Part shown: positions 8,848 through 19,657 of the stretch, one piece after another
Layout: each line of letters begins with the position of its first letter
Position numbering within the stretch: the first letter of the stretch is position 1
Sequence record: SRR20825019_2182
Length of the DNA stretch: 20,000 nt
Strand: one strand, 5' to 3'
The notes under the pieces: generated by a model
Seen by the model: only the letters and a program-made list of their open reading frames with translations
The model's database searches: none
Told to the model about the DNA's origin: nothing
Position numbers and translations under genes: made by a program

Positions 8848-9609
8848 ATGAGTGAGCGCTTTACTGTGGACAAGAAGGATAGGTTCATTAGAGAAGCAAG
8901 AGAATATGCAAGTGCAAACTGTGTATCTATACCCCTTTCCGCTATAGAAGAGCTCGACTCGAAAGGGGTGACAGTTCTTGATGGGCTGTTTGAAAGTCAA
9001 AGGAGCATGCTCAAAGAGTTGGGTGGTGATGTGTCGCGGTTGTGCGACAGTGGAGCACTCGCTGCTGCTCAGCAAGGGGCATCTGTGCGGGGTGACAAAC
9101 TTGGGTTGTTTCACGAACACAATGCGGAAGACATGCACGCACATGGCTTGCTTGAGGGTATTTTGGTGATGAAGTCCATTGGACACTCCCTCGAACAGGC
9201 ATGGGCAGAAAAAACAGGCGAGAAGCCTAGTCTCAGGGTGCCTTCACGTGTGATGGCGGCAGTATACGATGGTAGTGGTTCCAAGTATATAGCACACAGA
9301 GATGTCAGGTCTGTAGGATTCGACGATCCGAATTGGTGGATGATGCTGGAGCCCGAAATATGTGAACGGTATGTCACCGCGATTCTTTATCTTCCCAACC
9401 AGGACTGGGAGATTCCGAAAGGAGGGGAGCTTAGATGCTTTTTAGGCGCTCACGAAGATGATATCGAAGGGAAGACCGCCAACGAAACCATGGATATCGA
9501 GCCTGTTCCGGGGCGGCTGGTCTTGTTCATGTCAAGGGACGTTCTCCACGAGGTGCGACCAGCGCACTCACGGCGGATGGCCACCAGCATATGGTTCTTG
9601 AAGAAGTGA
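8848..9609 (+). CDS. EGLN/PHD-like 2-oxoglutarate/Fe(II) dioxygenase (prolyl 4-hydroxylase type), 253 aa, intronless
   Basis: GVTVLDGL, VRGDK, MAAVYDGSGSKYIAHRD (HxD), RYVTAILY, DW...GGELR, IEPVPGRLVLF, LHEVRPA (distal His) and RMATSIWF (2OG-binding Arg). Confidence 0.9.
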   Translation: MSERFTVDKKDRFIREAREYASANCVSIPLSAIEELDSKGVTVLDGLFESQRSMLKELGGDVSRLCDSGALAAAQQGASVRGDKLGLFHEHNAEDMHAHGLLEGILVMKSIGHSLEQAWAEKTGEKPSLRVPSRVMAAVYDGSGSKYIAHRDVRSVGFDDPNWWMMLEPEICERYVTAILYLPNQDWEIPKGGELRCFLGAHEDDIEGKTANETMDIEPVPGRLVLFMSRDVLHEVRPAHSRRMATSIWFLKK

Positions 9610-9611
9610 GC

Positions 9612-12148
9612 TCATTGAACTGTTTCCGTAATAATGTACTCCACTCCGTCAACCTCAAGGCGATGATGCTCGATTGGCGTTTTGTCAAGATCGGGCGGTT
9701 CGCTGGAGTGGACTTGTCTCGAAGTATGAAGCATCTTCTTCGGTTTGGCTGGTGATAATGGCTTCGCAATGTTATACAAGGAGATCGGCCTGTCGATGTG
9801 GCGTTCATGCACGCGGGGTATAGCCTCTGTCGCAAGTGCGGGATTGTTTGCCCTGTCCTTGACCACCTTCTCTATGTCATCGTGGTGGTATATTGCCCTG
9901 CCCAGGAGTAAGCACTACTAGATGCCACACACCACCCAACTTACTTCTTTCTCCTTGTTAATGCAATCTTCTTGTACCCCGTTATAATCCGCGTGGTTGA
10001 ATGTGGAACACGCAAACTTCCAGGCCGCGGTGTCGGGGACTCACCGCCAGCTGTCCATGGTCGTTGGGACCAAGGAAGCACCTTCCGCGGCTCGGGTGGA
10101 ATGGCATACGTATTAGGGGCTTCAAGCCATGGGTATTCGAGGGGTTGTTTAGAAAGCTCATCGTCTTTTGTTACTTCCTGGGGTTGCTCTTTGTCCTTCC
10201 AGCCACTCATGGAGGCCTCCTCCGCAACTGTTTTCTTTGTTTCTTGAGGACATCCACCCCATTGTAAACCCGGTGCCCCCTTTGGAGCGACAGTGTAATC
10301 ACCCAGGTAGTGGTATACCAATGACAATTCTGTGTTGCACATAGAGTGAAGTCCAATGTAGTAAATACCGTCGTCTAGCCCAACAGATTCGGGGTTGAAC
10401 TGAAGTAGAGGCTTGCCCGTCCCATTGAGAGTGTAGATCGCATTCTCAGCACAGGGGTACAGCTCCGAAGAGATGTACGTGACAATGCGAGGGTTCGCTA
10501 GGAAACCCTCGGCCTGTATGGACAGCTCGAATGTCTTCGATAAAGAGTGCTTATACTCAAAGGAAAAGTATTGCACTGAGCCTGCTCGCACGGTGATAGG
10601 GCATCTCTGGTCGGCGTCGATTTCAATCACACGATCCTCACCCTCGGTCACATACATCATGTACGGGCAATCCTTATCACTTGAGATGATGGTAGCATGG
10701 ATCTCTCCCCCAATTCCTATGATGATGTTCTTTGGCCACACAACCACCCGTCGCCATGGTTGATCCTTGGATAAATCAAAAGACAAATCATGCTTCTTGG
10801 CGGTTGGGACACCGTAGTTTGTTAGAAGCAGCCGTACAGTAGATTTAAATGGCATTAGGTTGCTGACATGTATACAAATGGGCTGGTCATGTTTCCTAAC
10901 AGGGATGCGGTACACATTGGGGTGTTTGCTCCTCGCCAGGTGAGTATAATGATAGTTGTGCTTTGCTTGAATAATATTCTGCTTCCCCGATATTCTTGCG
11001 GACACAAAACAGGAAGAAAGCGTGGCGGGACCCTCAATGCTGAAGTAAATCCATCCCGCCTTCAAGTTCTGACTGCATTGCAACACGGTCATACGTTTTG
11101 CATATCTGACAGGGGAATCTTCCCCTCCGCTTTCTCCAGAATCTGAAACCTTTCCCGTACCGGGCTTCGTCATTGACGCTGCCTGATATGATGCGCTGTC
11201 GATAATGACAACCGAACTGGAATTTCTTGTGGTCCATTCACAAGTGCTTCGCGTGGGGTGCGTGCACATCGCACTACAGTACATCTGTCCTTAAGGTCAG
11301 AACAAATTAGCAAATGACTTACTTTTGATCACACTCACATTAACATCGGGGCCTGTCCCTGTATCGACGATGATACTGAAATCGGCGACTACAGGAAGGC
11401 GGAACCTTCCAAAGACATATGTGAGCTCGTTTGGTGAGATGAGTTTGGTAGGCTTGTCTTGGAGTTGAATTGTTAGGATCTGTTCCGGCATTCTGCGGGG
11501 CGACAGAGGTACCGGTTTCTCCTGCTCTGACTCATCTCTACCTGGCGACGGGCTTGTTCCTGTGATAGCATCACTCGTACCGGACACAGTGAATACTTTC
11601 TTGGGAAGACTTGACACATTTGATGAAGGAGACTCAAACGGTATCATGCGTGGCTTGATAATGCTACTCTTTGAGACATCAGCATTATCTGGAGTTCCTT
11701 TGTCGATCGCGGGAAAAGGCCTGTCGCTTGCCATTCCCATGGAGTTTGTTGCGCTGTTAAGGTATCCTGCAGAGTGCGGAGAATCGTCTTTAAGATGCAT
11801 GCCCACATTCACCACTCCAACGTTTGGTAAGACTTGCGGGCTAGGTGACCGACGTAAAGGCCTAGGCTTTATGGGAATCGGGGAGCGTCCTCCCCGGGAT
11901 GGTGGCCGTGTAGCTACAGGATTTTCCATATTCAATGGTGCAAACGATGTCATTGAGTTACTATGCTCCGAGATGACATTGACAAAAGCTGTCAAGGAGT
12001 TTTCGCGGTTTGGATAGCTTGGCATCTTGTCGAATTGTCCATCGGTGTCGATTCCCGGGCTGTGAGGGGTCCATGGGCGGACATGGGAGCTGGTCTCGAC
12101 GGAGACAGATAGGGGTACATGCGACCCCTTCTTGTGAGGTTTACCCAT
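9612..12148 (-). CDS. Large hypothetical protein, about 811 aa: Ser/Pro-rich disordered N terminus and beta-rich, possibly PPC-like, repeats
   Basis: Exons 12148-11339, 11284-9945, 9897-9612. Introns 11338-11285 (54 nt, GTGAGT..CAG) and 9944-9898 (47 nt, GTAAGT..CAG) join three track ORFs in frame. There is a probable 5'UTR intron at 12207-12151 (57 nt). Confidence 0.8.
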
Positions 12149-12479
12149 CCCTGCGATCAGCACTTCATTCGTGGTGCGCTGCTACAGCTCCAACAAAGAG
12201 CACACACCTGTGACTCCGTTCTGATCGATCAGGCACAGGAGGGCTTCATATAGCTTCGTTATGAAGCAACCAACTCTCTAGCTCTGGTTTTGCCCGCTCC
12301 CGTACGTCCATTAGGCAGGATGGTCTCCTTGCTGTCAAAGCGATCGTGGGGACGCGACTGGCGATGACTCGTCCTCATGGCCATAGCATCGTTGCTGTCG
12401 TCCACACGCACAGTACCGTGGGAGGATCGGATTCAACTAGAGTGGAGTGGGCCCGTCCACAGCACTGGCAGTAGTTGGC

Positions 12480-13330
12480 GCTGCTCGGCGACCTCACGGT
12501 GATGCGTGCTGAGGAGGCCGTGGCTGTGTTGGTGTCGCACACCGCCGGCGCCGGCCCGGTTCTGTGAGTGGTCGGCACGACAGAGGCCGGAGTGCCACCG
12601 CGCGGAGGAGGGTCTGGGGCCGTCGGTCCCCGGCCGTCCGGGCGCGCGCCGTCGGGTGCGGGCCGGCCCGGGCTGCCGGCCCGGAGCCCCAGGGAGACGC
12701 CAGCCCCCTCCTGATGAGTGCGGCCGGCCTGGCCCCGGCCGGCGCGGCCGGCCCAGAAATGTGGCCGAAGCCGACACTGTACTCTACCCGTCTGGCGCCG
12801 CGGTCGGCCGGGCGCACCGGCCGGGCGTGCGCGCCCCGGTAACCGCTTCATCAAGTCCATAATCGAGTTAGCAGTCCGAGGGTTGTGGGGACACACCCAG
12901 CCGATTCCGATTCATTACCAGTGCCCGCATGGGCACTCGCAGGTCACACAGTAAAGGAGTGATTTCATTTCATCGACGACGTCAAAACTAAGAGTCCAAG
13001 AAATACAGGAACGTCAACTGCTAGCACACAGTGGAACGCCGCAGCTGCACTGACCCGCCGGCCATCGACGCATGACAGTGGGTGGGTCGCGCCGCGGGCG
13101 GCGGGGGTCGCCTGCCCGGGCGAGCGTCGTTCATTCGGCACGCACACGCGGCGCGGTCGGCGGGCGGTGTGGTGGGCTGGAGTCACCCGCACAGCCCCCG
13201 CCGGGCGCGTTGCGCCGGTGCGGGTGGCCGGTCGGGTAGCCTGCCCGTCGTTGCTGCCTTGCGATTCATAGCTCGGCCGCCGGGGGCGCAGAGACTCATG
13301 AGTGAGCGGCAACGCCCGAGGCTGCCACAG
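12480..13330. promoter_or_regulatory. GC-rich intergenic island 4, bipartite, putative bidirectional promoter region
   Basis: Lies between divergent starts 12148 (-) and about 13524 (+). GC cores at about 12540-12840 and 13055-13290 are separated by an AT-richer spacer. Confidence 0.6.
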
Positions 13331-13523
13331 TGCCAACCTTGCCCTGCCCCTTGATGCCTGGCGGCAGGTGCTTGATGCCTCTTTTCCTTGGCCGGCCTTG
13401 AAAGTGCGCCTGGCCGCTAGGCAGCAGTTCAGGTTTGACTTTGAAGTAGAAGTACATTCCAGAAACCCTATACATAACGGACCTACCACACGAAATCTTC
13501 AGGTTGGCCAGCTCGTATTCAAC

Positions 13524-16500
13524 ATGAGCAATCGCGCCACACAGAAGGCCCTGGAGTACCAAGCTGCTCTCAAGCGTATTACACTGGCCAAACAAAACCG
13601 CAAGCAGAGGAAATTTACCCGGGTAGATGACGATGATGTTCAGGAGTTTGCAAAAGGAATGGGCACAAACACGTATCGACTGCCCCAGCAGTGGACCAAC
13701 GCCGATGCAGAGAGTTCTGCATTGCCGCCAGGTGTGAAATTAGTCCAACCCAAATTCCGCGTGAAGCAGAAAACCACCACCTCCATCTTCAGTATGCAGG
13801 AAATTTATCACAGTTCAGATGAGGAGTCAGTCACTGGCTCAAGAAAGAAAGAGAAAAGTAAGCACAGTTCACCTCAGAAGGGCTCGCAGAAACACAACAA
13901 ATTTGGGTCGGTAATATCTGTGGCGGAGGCACAAGCCAGAAAGAAGGAGGCAGATCAGAGGAAGCTTATGGGTAAGTCAAGTAAGCTGACTACCTTGGAT
14001 ATATTGGAGAGTCTTCTTGACTTGAAGAGGATTGAGAGCCTTCGGTTGCAGTTTGACAAAGAGGAAGAAGGTTTAGACAAGGCGCGATTCGTGCAAATTA
14101 TGGCGGCGCACTGCCCAGAGCTGGAGGGACCCCTACTTATCCCCACACTGGTGGAACTGTTCTCACAGATTGACGCGAACGGAGACGGTGACTTGTCCTG
14201 GGACGAGTTTACGAACTTCATTGTAGAGTCTGGAATGGTGCTACAGGATCGTTACAGGAAAGATGCAATCACACCATACTATCCCAGTCCTATCATTGAT
14301 GACTCCCAGCATCACGCACAAGTCGACAAGGTCTTTTACGTCCGTGCTTTGGATCAGTTGATCATATCAGAACGTTCCTACCCGGTGGTTCTCATGTATA
14401 ATCCCCAAGAGCTGACTCCGACGAGGCAGCTGCGTGGGCATAAGGGCCAGGTGCTTTCCGCAGAAGCAATTCCAGAACACGGGGTCTTAGCAACTAGCGG
14501 TGCTGATATGTCCATTATGTTTTGGGACATGAACACATGGACAAAGAGGAAGTCGATGCATGAGAGATATGCCCAGATGAAGCTATTGTGGAGTCGTGAG
14601 TACGACACCCTTTACTCTGCTGGTGCGGACAGCATCATACGAGGATATGATGTTCGGAATACTAAGGAGAAGTTCCGTCTTGAGGGTCACAACGATATTG
14701 TCATGGACCTTCTTGCAATTCCCGGACTGGATTTCTTGGCATCAGCATCATTAGACCAAAGGATTATTCTGTGGGATATGCCCACAAGACAATTCAAGAA
14801 AGAGCTCAAGGGGCACACGAAAGGAATTTTGTCTCTCACATACTCTCAGGACTACAGGTTCCTTGTGAGTGGTGGGTCTGAGCACGATGCCATTATATGG
14901 AATCCGTTTGTAGAGACTGTCATCTTCCGTCTACGTGGCCATAACAGTTCCTTAATTGGCGTGGAGGCAATCGAGGGAACGCCTCAGATTGTGACCGCCG
15001 ATTCCGAAGGATTCTTCAAGGTGTGGGACATTCGAAACTTCAGATGTGTTCAGACCTTCCAGTCCGAGGATGCGATTGGAAAAGAGATTGCCTCATTCTG
15101 CGCGGTTCCCGCTTACAAGAGGGTGGTTTGCTCGGCACGGAAGCTTATTGCGTTTGACTTTGTCGACAACATGGACCCACGTCTAACTGACCAGACTCCG
15201 GTTCTCTGCACCCTGTACAATCCCGCTTCTTCGACCTTTGTGACTGCAGGGTCAAAAAGCGTTAAGCTTTGGGATGCCGCCACAGGAAAGTTGAAGTGCA
15301 CATACAGGGACCTCTCCCAGCATGAGATTACCTCTTTCTGTCTTGACGACCGCTTGTACAAGTTTGTAGTTGGCGACCACGCAGGAAATATTCGAGTCTT
15401 CAATTACTCCAATGGAGCGTTTATGAAGAGCCTAGAGCCGCACCAGCGAGAAGTTTCTAATTTGATCTATTCTGGTGCCTCAAAGACTGTGATCAGTGGA
15501 TCTTGGGACACTCGTATATGCATTCACGATGAAAACAGCGTTGGTGTCGGCGGTCTTCTACGCGCCATGAAAGCCCACAATAAGGATATCACCTGCATGT
15601 CATACTCGGCCCAGCTTCATCTTGTTGTTTCTGGTTCTAATGACACCCTCCTGAAAGTTTGGGATTACCGAGGTGGAAAACTCGATGGAATGTTCGATTC
15701 GCACGAGGCGGACATCACTGCGGTGACTTTCCTGGGAAAGCACCCCTGTCTCTTTTCTGCGGATAGTTCGGGGGTATGCTGCATATGGACCTCACATCCG
15801 TCTCCTTATAAGGTTTGTGATATTGGAAGTTTATTTTGGTTATTTTGGTTCCTTCACTAAGTATTGTATGCAGTATCGCCTGCTTTTAAAGTTTGAGAAC
15901 AAGTTCACATCCCCAACATCAGGAGAAGAAGTTGCCAGTTGTATTAGCGCTGCTGCGTATTGCGAGTATGAAAGTGTATATATATTGAGAGTGTATTGCC
16001 TAACACAGCAATAGGGATCAGATGATTATGTATACCGGGGACGAACACGGAGAAATCAAGGCGTGGGATATGAAGGCCATTCTCAAGGCCCTCCACATGT
16101 ACAAGGACCCGAACACTGCCGGGGCCAAGGTTGCCCCAGACGATCCCGAGTCCAGGGTCTCACTGCCTGGCGCGATCACTGCAGTTATGGCCGTCAAGAA
16201 GTTCAAAAAGATGTACCGGAAGCGCAGTAGCATCAAGTTGACGGTTCCGTATGTCACAGCTCACCAGATGCCTATGATTGGCCGATGGCAAGCCCACACC
16301 GACGGTATGATGCTTCGATTGTAGTGTTGCGGACTTTGATACTTATGAATTCTTTCAGGTATTCGTCACTTGCATGTCACGGAGGATCCTAGATCTGTGA
16401 TTTCGTCGGGATACGACTGCATGGTGCATATCTGGTCTGCGCCAGACGGAGCCAAGATTGGGTCACTACATCAAGGAATTTCTCCGGAAGAATGGTATTT

Positions 16501-17182
16501 CCCAGTGAATATAGGTAAGAGCAAAAAGAATAGTTGGTATTTCTTGCAGCTAATATTGGAACAGTTGCTCGCGATCGTATGAAGAAACAGGAGGTTGATA
16601 CCGTTATGAACGAATTGGAGGAAATTGATCCCTTGTCGGAGTTGGAAACTGAATCTACTGTCAGTGACCACCCTCTGACTGCCGAGCAAAACCTTTCTCA
16701 GGTAGGACTGATGTGAAACAATGCGCGCCCGGGAATGCTCATTGTGCCATCAGCTATCTATGTTCCTTCCCAAGGACATCGACTGGAAATCAGTTTTGAG
16801 TGATGATATGTTGCACCAGAATACCCAAAAGAAGCCTCCTTCTAGGCGTCCTTTACACCTCCCGAACCGCTCATCAAGTACTCAACCCAGCTTGAGGAAT
16901 TCGTTTGGGATAGACATTTCTCCGCAACATGAGAGTAGCAAGTCCACGACGAAAGTAGGCTCATCTCGATTCACCAAGGAGCAGCGCCGCGCCGCACAGA
17001 AATTCAGTGACTCTCTTGCTGATACGTTGAGCTTCAAGGACGATGATTCATTAGCGGAGTGGTACAGATCGCTAGGAGGTAAAAGACTAAATCCCAAGGC
17101 GGCGGAAGGGAATCCCGTTGCGCACCACTCCAGACCAAGTACTGCCCACAGCCGAATGACAGACAAGGAGAATTTAAGCTAA
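13524..17182 (+). CDS. EF-hand plus WD40-repeat protein (WDR49/EFCAB8/WDR64-like architecture), about 1130 aa
   Basis: The first in-frame ATG is at 13524 (frame open from 13302). Exons 13524-15812, 15874-15965, 16015-16304, 16359-16514, 16565-16701, 16754-17182, with introns of 61, 49, 54, 50 and 52 nt. Canonical EF loop DANGDGDLSWDE at 14172-14207 and many GH...WD repeats. The start codon is uncertain. Confidence 0.88.
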
Positions 17183-17511
17183 ACTTCTCTCGGTCAAAAT
17201 GATTCCATCATAATTAGCTAAAGGACGGTGCGCTAGAGAGTCTTCATGTAATCGGTGCGATGCAACGTGATTGCCTGACAATAAAGGAAGCCCTAACCAT
17301 TTACTTTCAAGGATAGTCATGAGCAAGACATTCGTTCCTATCGCGGCTCTGTCACTGCCAATCTTCGCACAACGTTCACAAGCCGACAAATGCCGCGGGG
17401 CTGCCACCCGAAAACCAAGGATAACTTGGGAAGTGACAATTGAGGCCACAAATTCACAAATCGGAAAGTTTGTAACCATAAGGGATTCGGTGAATACGTT
17501 ATTGTGCTAAA

Positions 17512-17915
17512 GGGGGTCCAGTGGGGTCGACTTGACCGGCACGGCCCGGCCGGCCGGGCCAGGGCGCACCGCGGCGCGGGGGCGGCGGCCCCCCGGGCGC
17601 GGCCGCGGCGCGGGGGCGGCGGGCCCCCGGGCGCGGCCGCGGCGGGGTCGCCCCGGGCCCGCCGGCCCGGCCGCGGCGCTGAAGTTGGCGCCGGGCTTCG
17701 GTTCCCAGTTGCCCGCCGGGCCGGCCCGGCGCGGCCGGCCCCCGGCCCGCGGTCCTGAGGCGCGACCGTGGCCGCCGCCGGGGCACCGGCGACCGCGGAC
17801 GCCGCCAGCGGCACCCAAGGGCCGTGCCCGCCGCCGGCGCCCCGCCCATCGGCGGGCGGGCGGCCGCCACAGGGCGCCCCTGCGCAGCCGCCCGCGGCCG
17901 CGAGGTCCTTGTGAA
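17512..17915. promoter_or_regulatory. Extremely GC-rich island 5 upstream of the 7TM gene
   Basis: A 79-nt run with no A/T at 17569-17647. The island ends about 135 nt before the ATG at 18049, and the flanking genes are in tandem (+/+). Confidence 0.6.
17570..17644 (+). repeat. 34-bp pure-G/C tandem duplication (about 2.2 copies)
   Basis: 17570-17603 CGCGGCGCGGGGGCGGCGGCCCCCCGGGCGCGGC and 17604-17637 CGCGGCGCGGGGGCGGCGGGCCCCCGGGCGCGGC differ by one mismatch, followed by a partial copy CGCGGCG. Confidence 0.85.
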
Positions 17916-18048
17916 AGGCCTAGCACGTCGCAGCTCCGAGCACTGAACTGCACCGCACCCGAACTTCGATGATCTCCGGGGTAGCTTAGTTTATGTATCC
18001 GTTTATGACACTACTAAACACTGTTGAAAATTCAATCATACTTTCAAG

Positions 18049-19657
18049 ATGGGGCGCTTTCCGAAAGGAAGGCTCCTCCCTGTTTTTCTTGGATTGCTTT
18101 GCCTATCAATGGCACCTAGGTTAACCACTGCTCTTACGAAGAACTTTCATATAGGTATTGTGTATCCAGGCTTTGTTTTCTTGCCACGTGGCTAATATAT
18201 GTCCTTGCGTACTAGGTAGTGCTTTATCACGGGTAACATCCGTGCTGGATCAGTTTGGTATCGAGCGTGGGGGCACCATTGACTGTGAACTTCACTTTTT
18301 GTCAACAGACCGTCACTACTTTGCTGCACTTTATGCAATCCAGAAGTGGAGGGACTTCGAAGTCAGAGCCAAACTGAATGAGGAGTGGATTTGTTCATTT
18401 CCTTCAGACATGCGCATAGAGCTTACAGGTCACACACTACAAAACAGCGGAAAGGTGACTATTCAGTTGCACCATGTTGTGAAAAGGACAGACCTCTATC
18501 GACTGGTAATCCTGGACTGCCCTGGTGGCGTCGACCATGGAGAAAGGACTAGTGCACACGGAGGGAGTGGAACGTGCACAATTAAGAACTCTTCAACGGG
18601 CCATCTCCCCCTCGAGGAAGTTCACATCATTGTTTGCATGGATGTTTTGACGGTATTGTACATTGTTTTATTTATTTCCTTTCTTATCTACACGGTCTTG
18701 AAGCGCAAGAATTACACCCACCTTCATGGGATTGTGTGTGTGGCAATGGCCATGATGGCGTTGATGACATCGCAACGCAGCCTCTACCAGAGAACTATTC
18801 AGGACAGCGGCTCTGTGGGAGAGTTTGCGGAGTTTTATTTTATTGTTGTGGAGCTGCTGGCAAACATGTCAGTTTTGGTGGTGATGATGCTTGCCGCGGT
18901 GGGGTGGCAAGTTGTACGCGCAGCGTTGGAGGCCCGGGAGCGTTCCGTGCTTTCATCAGCCTTCATATTTTATGGTTTCCTTGGGTTTTTGTACGAGACG
19001 TGCGAGCAGGAGCACATGTGTGGCGCATACTTGTTGTCTTTCTACGTCGTGAAGTTTCTCATCACCCTGGGTATTATTGTGGGAATGAACGCGACCGCCG
19101 AGCGAATCAGGGCTGATTATTGGGAGCAGGTGTCTGCCCACGCACAGGGAGAATATTTTTCAAAGCTGCGGCAGTATCACCACTTCAGGTGGTTGTTTGC
19201 GGTATATTTATGTATCCCCGTCGCCACCCTGGTTTTGCGTATGTCAGTCTTGACCTGGAACGACAAATGGCTGCTTTATCTCTTTGAAGGGCTGCTGGAG
19301 TTCTATGTGCTTGCCAAATTCTCCATCATATTCCGTCCGAATCACACACCAAGTATTGAGATGCTTCCGCCAGAAAGTGACAGTGAGATGGGAGACCACA
19401 TCAATCGTGAAATTGAGATGGAGAGGCGGAGGCGCGCTGATTTGGATGGGTTCGGGGAAGATGACGATGATGATTTGTTCTTGAGACGCGCGGATGCAAA
19501 TGAAGGAGAACAAGGATCTCGTGATTCGGAAGGAAGTGGGCGTAGTGAAGAGGGCGGTGGCGGTGATGAAGATAGCATGCGTCAGGACTCGTCTTTGTAC
19601 ACCAGGCGGAGAGACGTCAACGGTGTTTATGTCAATGTACCAACATCTGAGGACTGA
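18049..19657 (+). CDS. Signal peptide, luminal domain and seven-TM protein, GOST superfamily-like (GPR107/GPR180/TMEM145/TMEM87), about 515 aa
   Basis: Exons 18049-18154 and 18216-19657, with a 61-nt intron (GTATTG..CTAAT..TAG). Exon 1 supplies a signal peptide (LLPVFLGLLCLSMA). It has FGIERGGTI at the start of the luminal domain, HLPLEE before TM1, THLH, LAAVGWQVVRAAL, about 7 hydrophobic segments, IFRP after the last TM and an acidic tail. Confidence 0.82.

Noticed and set aside
12375-13489. ORFs in island 4 and the GTG start at 13302 for the WD40 gene
   Set aside because: These are GC artefacts. In a eukaryote the first in-frame ATG (13524) is the more defensible start.
970-17915. GC islands as copies of a MITE/transposon or as a CRISPR-like array
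   Set aside because: I found no shared terminal inverted repeats, target-site duplications, alignable homology between islands or repeat-spacer periodicity by eye. The similarity is only compositional.
17338-17972. ORFs spanning island 5
   Set aside because: Low-complexity G/C translations in all frames.
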